Positions 58,153-64,000 of a stretch of DNA of 64,000 bases are shown here, in pieces; the stretch's first letter is position 1, and each line of letters opens with the position of its first letter. The stretch lies in NCBI GenBank assembly GCA_963758795.1, contig CAVWXG010000002.1, positions 13,762-77,761 on the forward strand, read 5' to 3'. This DNA is from an uncultured Actinomycetes bacterium. Lineage in GTDB: Bacteria; Actinomycetota; Actinomycetes; Streptosporangiales; Streptosporangiaceae. A model generated the notes under the pieces. That model searched no databases and was not told the origin of the DNA. It saw only the letters and a list, made by a program, of their open reading frames with translations. Both the position numbers and the translations under genes were made by a program.

Positions 58153-58177
58153 CTGTCGCTATCTCCTGTCAGCCCGG

Positions 58178-58585
58178 TCAGACCCGGCGCCGCTTGGGCG
58201 GCCGGCAGCCATTGTGCGGTACGGGGGTCATGTCCTGAATCGAGCCGACCTCAAGCCCGGTCGCCTGCAGCGACCTGATGGCGGTCTCCCGGCCCGAGCC
58301 CGGGCCCTTGACGAAGACGTCGACCTTGCGCATACCGTGTTCCATCGCGCGGCGCGCCGCGGCTTCCGCCGCCATCTGGGCGGCGTACGGCGTCGACTTG
58401 CGCGATCCCTTGAACCCGACCTGCCCGGCGGACGCCCATGAGATGACGTTGCCTGTGGGGTCGGTAATCGAGACGATCGTGTTGTTGAACGTGCTCCTGA
58501 TGTGAGCATGCCCGTGAGCGATGTTCTTCCGCTCTTTACGGCGCACCTTCTTGGCGGCCTGGCTACGGCTTTTTGCTGGCGGCAT
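58178..58585 (-). CDS. rpsK: 30S ribosomal protein S11
   Basis: ..[29 protein letters not shown].. Confidence 0.97.
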   Translation of the reverse strand: MPPAKSRSQAAKKVRRKERKNIAHGHAHIRSTFNNTIVSITDPTGNVISWASAGQVGFKGSRKSTPYAAQMAAEAAARRAMEHGMRKVDVFVKGPGSGRETAIRSLQATGLEVGSIQDMTPVPHNGCRPPKRRRV

Positions 58586-58634
58586 ATCTCTCTTTTGCGC
58601 TTCCTATGAGGTGATCGGTCCGCGGGTTTCCGGA

Positions 58635-59015
58635 CTACTTCTTCCCGGCCTTCTTCTTGCCGGCCACCGTCTTCTTCTTGCCCTTGCGGGTTCGCGCGTT
58701 GGTCTGGGTCCGCTGCCCGTGCACCGGAAGCCCGCGACGATGGCGGATTCCCTGGTAGCAGCCGATCTCGACCTTCCGCCTGATGTCGGCCTGGACCTCG
58801 CGGCGCAGGTCACCTTCGACCTGGTAGGTGGAGTCGATCCAGTCACGGAGCTTCATCAGGTCGTCGTCGGTAAGGCTGTTGACCCTGGTGTCCCCGCTGA
58901 CGCCGGTCGCCTCCAGCGTCTGCAGCGCCCTGGTGCGGCCGATGCCATAGATATAGGTGAGCGCGACCTCGAGCCGCTTATCGCGGGGGAGGTCCACTCC
59001 AGAAAGCCTGGCCAT
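58635..59015 (-). CDS. rpsM: 30S ribosomal protein S13
   Basis: [26 protein letters not shown].. Confidence 0.97.
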   Translation of the reverse strand: MARLSGVDLPRDKRLEVALTYIYGIGRTRALQTLEATGVSGDTRVNSLTDDDLMKLRDWIDSTYQVEGDLRREVQADIRRKVEIGCYQGIRHRRGLPVHGQRTQTNARTRKGKKKTVAGKKKAGKK

Positions 59016-59156
59016 GTGCGGGCAGTTCTCCTTCGTCTCGCGGAGGTTCTTCGCACCGCCTCCATGCCCTGCCCGGACATGGCCCCGGCCTCCGTCCGGG
59101 GGTCGCAGCGTGATCTCGCTGCTGCGGCGCGCGTTACTTTATCGTGCGGCGGGGCG

Positions 59157-59270
59157 TCAGCCCTGCCGCTGCTTGTGCCTCGGATCGGTGCAGATGACCA
59201 TGACGCGGCCGTGCCGACGGATGATCCGGCACTTGCTGCAGATCTTCTTGACGCTCGGCTTGACCTTCAC
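59157..59270 (-). CDS. rpmJ: 50S ribosomal protein L36
   Basis: Below the ORF-track size cutoff. My translation from GTG 59270 is [37 protein letters not shown]-stop. Confidence 0.9.
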   Translation of the reverse strand: MKVKPSVKKICSKCRIIRRHGRVMVICTDPRHKQRQG

Positions 59271-59313
59271 GGCGTTCTCTCCAGCTACGTATTGCTTGTC
59301 TTGCGATGGCTTG

Positions 59314-59535
59314 TTACTTGTACCGGTACACGATCCGCCCGCGAGTCAGGTCGTAAGGGCTGAGCTCTACGACAACCCGGTCGTCAGGCAGGATGCGGAT
59401 GTAGTGCATCCGCATTTTCCCGCTGATATGGGCGAGAACCTTGTGCCCGTTCTCCAGCTCCACCCGGAAGAAGGCGTTCGGGAGTGACTCGACAACTGTG
59501 CCTTCGATCTCAATGGCGCCGTCTTTCTTGGGCAT
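59314..59535 (-). CDS. infA: Translation initiation factor IF-1
   Basis: [42 protein letters not shown].. Confidence 0.95.
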   Translation of the reverse strand: MPKKDGAIEIEGTVVESLPNAFFRVELENGHKVLAHISGKMRMHYIRILPDDRVVVELSPYDLTRGRIVYRYK

Positions 59536-59826
59536 GTCCTCCGCTGCTTCGCTGCTTAGTAATGGTCCGCGCCTAGGCGCGGTTTGGTGGCCGTGCTTGC
59601 CGGGGGCCTGCCCCGCCAGGCTCATGTCCGTGCTGGCTTACGCCAGCGGGACGGGAGAACCGGGAAGGACCCTCGTAGGCCGGCACCGTGCTCGCGTCCG
59701 CGAACCCCCGCGTACCGACCGCTAGAAACCCAGCAGATGGGCCGGTGACGAGTGTACTCGACCCGCAGCCCCAACGCGAACCGCCCGGATGGACGGCCGT
59801 GATATAAGACACCCACCGGCCCGGCT

Positions 59827-60285
59827 CTATTCCCGCGGGCGTTGCGCCCGCCGGATCAGCACCCAGATCCACGGTATCGCGATCAGGGCCCACCACGGAA
59901 ACCAGGTCCCGCCGCCGACCACGGCCGCGACCGCCCAGATGGCGACCAGGGCCGACGTTACCACCGCCCAGGCTCCCATGGCGACGGTCCCGGGCGTGAA
60001 CCTGACCGGGCTGCCTGAGCCACCGGAATCGGCCGGCAGGAGCGACTGCCCCCGGTGCGGCGGGATCCGCCGCAAGGATGCGTCCGGCAGCTGGTACAGG
60101 TCGATGGCCGGCAGGTCCGCCATCAGCTCCTCGAGCTCGCCAACCGTTTTGGCGTCCAGGGCCTTGTTCATCCGGTCATGAAATTCCTCGGCGGTCAGCC
60201 GGCCCGCGGCGTGGTGCTCGCGCAGCAGCGCGGTGGTGCGGTCACGATCCGCATCCGAGGCGCGGATCCGCGGGTCACCGGGCAC
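59827..60285 (-). CDS. DUF1707 domain membrane protein
   Basis: ..IRASDADRDRTTALLREHHAAGRLTAEEFHDRM.. plus C-terminal TM helices. Confidence 0.8.
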   Translation of the reverse strand: MPGDPRIRASDADRDRTTALLREHHAAGRLTAEEFHDRMNKALDAKTVGELEELMADLPAIDLYQLPDASLRRIPPHRGQSLLPADSGGSGSPVRFTPGTVAMGAWAVVTSALVAIWAVAAVVGGGTWFPWWALIAIPWIWVLIRRAQRPRE

Positions 60286-60355
60286 CGGTCACCCTCCTAG
60301 GTCGGCCGAATACTCACAAGGTCGGTTCTTCTAGTATCGCCGAGGCTTCTCTCCG

Positions 60356-61159
60356 CTAAGGCCGCCCCCATCCCCCCAACTTCTCAAATCCGGAGACCCC
60401 GCCGTCTTCGGCGGTAAGCACCCACGGTCCGTCGGCTGTGATCGCGGTGGTGTGCTCGAAGTGCGCGGCCCAGCTTCCGTCGGCGGTGATGACGGTCCAG
60501 CCGTCCTCGAGCACGACCGTCTCCTCGCTGCCCAGCATCACCATGGGCTCGATGGCCAGCGCCATGCCCGGCCGCAGCCGCGGCCCGCGGCCCGCGCGGC
60601 CGTAGTTGGGCACCGGCGGGTCCATGTGCATCGCGCTGCCGATGCCGTGTCCGGTGTACTCCTCGACCACGCCGTAGCTCCCGGCCCCGCGCACGCTCGA
60701 CTCCACCGCGTGCGAGATGTCGCCGAGCCGGTGGCCGGCCTGTGCCTGTGCGAGCCCGCGCCACAGCGCGGTCTCGCAGGTTTGCAGCAGGCTGGCGTGC
60801 TCGGCGGAGATGGACCCGACGCCGACGGTCACCGCCGCGTCGCCGTGCCACCCGTCCACGATCGCGCCGCAGTCGATGGAGACGATGTCCCCGTCGCGCA
60901 GCCGTCGGCTCTGGCTCGGGATGCCGTGCACGATCTCCTCGTTTACCGACGTACAGATCGAGGCGGGATACCCGTGGTAGCCCTTGAATGACGGGATGGC
61001 CCCGGCGACCCGGATCTCGTGCTCGGCGAGCGCGTCAAGCTCGGCGGTGGTGACGCCCGGGGCGACGGCCTCGGCCAGGGTGCGCAGCGTACGGGCGACC
61101 ACCAGCCCGGCCGCCCGCATCACCTTGATCTGTTCAGGCGTCTTGATCTCGATCGCCAC
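60356..61159 (-). CDS. map: Type I methionyl aminopeptidase
   Basis: From GTG 61159 (RBS GGGAGG upstream): VAIEIKTPEQIKVMRAAG..HGIP..DIVSIDCGA.. The ORF track starts 10 codons earlier at TTG 61189. Confidence 0.9.
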   Translation of the reverse strand: MAIEIKTPEQIKVMRAAGLVVARTLRTLAEAVAPGVTTAELDALAEHEIRVAGAIPSFKGYHGYPASICTSVNEEIVHGIPSQSRRLRDGDIVSIDCGAIVDGWHGDAAVTVGVGSISAEHASLLQTCETALWRGLAQAQAGHRLGDISHAVESSVRGAGSYGVVEEYTGHGIGSAMHMDPPVPNYGRAGRGPRLRPGMALAIEPMVMLGSEETVVLEDGWTVITADGSWAAHFEHTTAITADGPWVLTAEDGGVSGFEKLGGWGRP

Positions 61160-61191
61160 CCCCCAACCGCCTCCCCATTCCCTCTTCAACG

Positions 61192-61845
61192 TCAGCGCAC
61201 GAACGGGCGGAGCGCGGCCAGCGCCCGGCTGGTGATCTCTTCCACCGGGCCGGTCGCGTCGATGCCGATCAGGATGTTCTCGTCGGCGTAGAACGAGACA
61301 AGCGGCGAGGTCTGCTCGGCGTAGACCTCGATCCGGTGCCTGATGGTGTTCTCGGAGTCGTCATCTCGCTGGAAGAGCTCGCCGCCGCAGTCGTCGCAGA
61401 TGCCATTGCGGGCGGGCGGATCGTAAAGGACGTGCCAGACCCGCTCGCAGCGACGGCAGGTCCTGCGGCCCGAGAGCCGCCGGACCACTTCGTCCTCGTC
61501 CACGACCAGCTCGAGCACGACGCTCAGCCGCGCGTCCCACTCCGACAGCATCTTCTTCAGCGTCTCGGCCTGCGGGACGTTCCGGGGGAAGCCGTCAAGC
61601 AGGAAGCCCTCCTGGGTGTCGTCCTCGGCGAGCCGGTCCCTGACCATCGCGACGGTCACCTCGTCCGGAACCAGGTCACCGCGCTCCATGAACTCCTTGG
61701 CCTTACGGCCAAGCTCGGTGTTCCTGGTCACGTTGTACCGGAAAATGTCACCTGTCGAGATCCTCGGGATCGCCAGGTGTGACGCTATGAACTGGGCCTG
61801 TGTCCCCTTGCCCGCACCGGGGGGCCCGACGAGGACGATGCGCAC
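61192..61845 (-). CDS. adk: Adenylate kinase
   Basis: [17 protein letters not shown].. The GTG start overlaps the secY stop (TAGTG). Confidence 0.95.
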   Translation of the reverse strand: MRIVLVGPPGAGKGTQAQFIASHLAIPRISTGDIFRYNVTRNTELGRKAKEFMERGDLVPDEVTVAMVRDRLAEDDTQEGFLLDGFPRNVPQAETLKKMLSEWDARLSVVLELVVDEDEVVRRLSGRRTCRRCERVWHVLYDPPARNGICDDCGGELFQRDDDSENTIRHRIEVYAEQTSPLVSFYADENILIGIDATGPVEEITSRALAALRPFVR

Positions 61846-63170
61846 TATCGCAAGAAACCCTCATAGTTACGCTGTTGCAACTGGCTCTCGATCTGTTTCA
61901 CGGTGTCAAGCCCCACGCCAACCATGATCAGCAGGCTGACTCCGCTGAACGGGAACTCGTTAGCGACCCCGATGGCGGACAGCGCCACCAGCGGGAACAG
62001 CGCAATGACGCCCAGGTAGGCCGACCCTGGCGCGGTCAGCCTGCTGAGCACGTACCTGAGGTACTCGGCGGTCGGGCGACCGGGCCGGATGCCGGGAATG
62101 AAGCCGCCGTACTTCTTCATGTTGTCGGCCACTTCGTCTGGGTTGAAGGTAATCGACACGTAGAAGTACGTGAACCCGATGATCAGCAGGAAGAACGTGA
62201 GCATGTAAATGGGCGAGCCGCTCTGCTCGATGTTCCGGTCGACCCAGGCCACCCAGCCCGACGTACTGTTCTTGCCGAACAGCTGCGCGGCCAGCGTCGG
62301 GATGTAGAGCAACGAGGAGGCGAAAATAACCGGGATCACGCCGGCCTGGTTGACCTTCATCGGGATATAGGTCGAGGTGCCGCCGTACATCCGGCGGCCT
62401 ACCATCCGCTTGGCGTACTGCACGGGAATCCGGCGCTGCGCCTGCTCCATGAACACGATGAACGCGACGATGAAGACCACGACGACGACGGCGACGGCCG
62501 CGTAGAAGGGCGACTTATCCCGGTAGATGGCCAGTATCTCGCCGGGGATGACCGAGATCACCGTGGTAAAGATCAGCACCGACATGCCGTTGCCAACGCC
62601 GCGGTCGGTGATCAGCTCACCCATCCACATGATGACCGTGGTGCCCGCCACCATGGTGATGACCATCGTGGCGATAGTGAAGACCGAGGCGTTCGGGATG
62701 ATCGGGTTGTCGCCGGCGACGCCGCATCCGTTGAACAGGGTGCCAGACCTGGCCAGCTCGATGTACCCGGTGGACTGAAGGACCGCCAGGCCCACGGTGA
62801 GGTACCTGGTGTACTGGGTGATCTTGGCCTGGCCGGCCTGCCCCTCCTGCTTCAGCGTCTCCAGCCGCGGGATCACGACCGTGAGCAGCTGCAGGATGAT
62901 GCTGGCGGTGATGTAAGGCATGATGCCGAGCGCGAACACCGACAAGTGCAGCAGCGCCTGGCCGCTGAGCAGGTTGACGATGCCGAGAACGCCCGCCGTG
63001 GGACTGCCCGCGGCCGTCGCGGCGTTGGAGCAGATCGTCACGTTCTTCTCGTCGATGCCCGGCGTCGGAAGCGAGGCACCGAACCGGAACAGGGCGATGA
63101 GGCCAAGCGTGATTAGCATCTTCTTGCGAAGATCCGGCGTCTGGAACGCCCGCACGAAGGCCGTCAGCAT
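61845..63170 (-). CDS. secY: Preprotein translocase subunit SecY
   Basis: ..[33 protein letters not shown].. Confidence 0.97.
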   Translation of the reverse strand: MLTAFVRAFQTPDLRKKMLITLGLIALFRFGASLPTPGIDEKNVTICSNAATAAGSPTAGVLGIVNLLSGQALLHLSVFALGIMPYITASIILQLLTVVIPRLETLKQEGQAGQAKITQYTRYLTVGLAVLQSTGYIELARSGTLFNGCGVAGDNPIIPNASVFTIATMVITMVAGTTVIMWMGELITDRGVGNGMSVLIFTTVISVIPGEILAIYRDKSPFYAAVAVVVVVFIVAFIVFMEQAQRRIPVQYAKRMVGRRMYGGTSTYIPMKVNQAGVIPVIFASSLLYIPTLAAQLFGKNSTSGWVAWVDRNIEQSGSPIYMLTFFLLIIGFTYFYVSITFNPDEVADNMKKYGGFIPGIRPGRPTAEYLRYVLSRLTAPGSAYLGVIALFPLVALSAIGVANEFPFSGVSLLIMVGVGLDTVKQIESQLQQRNYEGFLR

Positions 63171-63258
63171 GCGCAGTCCTCGGTTCGGTCGATCGGGCAG
63201 TCCACGTATCTTACCCGGCAGGTCATGCGTTGTCTCCCTGGAAGCGTTACTCGAACCA

Positions 63259-63297
63259 ACGAACGAACACGGGCCGTGAGTGCCCGTGTTCGTTCGT
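63259..63297 (-). terminator. 16-bp perfect stem hairpin ACGAACGAACACGGGC-(7 nt)-GCCCGTGTTCGTTCGT between rplO and secY
   Basis: Checked base by base; it begins 7 nt after the rplO stop. It could be an attenuator, a processing site or a partial terminator. Confidence 0.5.
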
Positions 63298-63303
63298 CGC
63301 AGC

Positions 63304-63843
63304 CTAGGAGAGCGCGGTGACCGTCCCGCCGGCTTGCTCGATTTTCGCCACTGCCGTGGCCGAGAACGCGTGCGCAGTCACCCGCAGCGCCACCGGCAGG
63401 TCGCCGGTGCCGAGCACCTTGATCAGTTCACCCTTGCGAGCCGCACCCCTGGCCACCATGTTCTCCGGGGTCACGTCGCCGCCCTCGGGGAACAGCTGAG
63501 CCAGCCGGCCGGTGTTCACCACCTGGTAGCTGGTGCCGAAGCCGGCGTTGGAGAAGCCCTTCAGCTTCGGCACCCGGCGGTGCAGCGGCATCTGGCCGCC
63601 CTCGAAGCCGAGCCGGACCGTGTTACGCGCCTTGGTGCCCTTGGTGCCGCGCCCGGCGGTCTTGCCCTTGGACGCCTCGCCGCGGCCGACCCTGGTCTTG
63701 GCCCTATGCGCGCCCGGCGCGGGCCGGAGGTGGTGCAGCTTGAGCCCGCGCCCGCCCGCGCTCTGCGGGGCGGCTGTGCTCTGCGGCCCGGCTGCGCTCT
63801 GCGGGGCGGCTGTGCCCTTTTCGTCCGTATTGTCAGTGCTCAT
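63304..63843 (-). CDS. rplO: 50S ribosomal protein L15 with a repetitive N-terminal extension
   Basis: ..[36 protein letters not shown].. It is preceded by [20 protein letters not shown], encoded by 18/36-bp repeats at 63758..63814. Confidence 0.9.
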   Translation of the reverse strand: MSTDNTDEKGTAAPQSAAGPQSTAAPQSAGGRGLKLHHLRPAPGAHRAKTRVGRGEASKGKTAGRGTKGTKARNTVRLGFEGGQMPLHRRVPKLKGFSNAGFGTSYQVVNTGRLAQLFPEGGDVTPENMVARGAARKGELIKVLGTGDLPVALRVTAHAFSATAVAKIEQAGGTVTALS

Positions 63844-64000
63844 CTCCGGCCACTTCCTCCACCGTCACCAGGTGGCGCACGGTCTTGATCATGCCGCGGA
63901 ACTCCGGGCGATCCGGCTTGACGACCGCCTGGCCGATCCGGCGCAGCCCGAGCGACCGCAGCGAGTTCCGCTGCGCGCTGTTCCCGCCGATCTTCGACTT
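63833..64000 (-). CDS. rpmD: 50S ribosomal protein L30; 5-prime end outside the window
   Basis: My translation is ..[55 protein letters not shown]-stop. It overlaps the rplO start. Confidence 0.85.
   Translation of the reverse strand, partial: KSKIGGNSAQRNSLRSLGLRRIGQAVVKPDRPEFRGMIKTVRHLVTVEEVAGDEH

Noticed and set aside
1-64000. tRNA, rRNA, tmRNA, RNase P or SRP RNA genes.
   Set aside because: I inspected the larger intergenic gaps (5.8, 7.4-7.9, 24.1-25.0, 32.1, 39.9, 43.5, 54.4, 59.5 and 63.2 kb) and saw no cloverleaf-like or otherwise recognisable structured RNA gene. This is a visual check only, not a covariance-model search.

Overview
High-GC (about 70%) actinobacterial chromosome segment in two parts. 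The right part (about 43.7-64 kb, all minus strand) is the conserved housekeeping block tsaD-rimI-tsaB-(membrane protein)-tsaE-alr-nnr-glmM-rpsI-rplM ... truA-rplQ-rpoA-rpsD-rpsK-rpsM-rpmJ-infA-(DUF1707)-map-adk-secY-rplO-rpmD. The middle (about 24.9-43.5 kb) carries an alpha/beta-hydrolase-MBL fusion, an LCP ligase, a proline-rich repeat membrane protein, pcrA, a four-gene conservon (cvnABCD-like), a whiJ/abaA-like triad (HATPase / DUF397 / XRE-DUF5753), saccharopine dehydrogenase, an APC permease, a PIG-L deacetylase and a CoxG-like protein. The left part (about 2.5-24 kb) is dominated by signal-transduction genes (two WhiB, three response regulators, one intact and several broken histidine kinases, a MalT/LuxR-type regulator, an Rv2629-like baeRF2 protein, mazEF). 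They are interleaved with many gene remnants: MFS, TnpB, DUF222, catalase, hemA, ABC ATPase, GAF kinase, CrtC-like, ankyrin and HK tails. Four sequence-level patterns are not explained by gene calls. (1) A 16-bp 7-2-7 palindrome (TWCCNGC-TA-GCNGGWA) recurs in at least 7 intergenic regions of the left part next to regulator genes. (2) Short tandem duplications sit exactly at or just after the stop codons of at least 8 genes. (3) Clusters of G6/C6-run hairpin modules occur in two ribosomal-operon spacers and one promoter region, and as an in-frame about 95-bp insertion inside the LuxR-type gene. (4) A roughly 64-bp element is shared upstream of a whiB gene and a catalase remnant. No tRNA, rRNA or CRISPR array was seen. 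All functional calls rest on my recognition of translated motifs; no database search was run.
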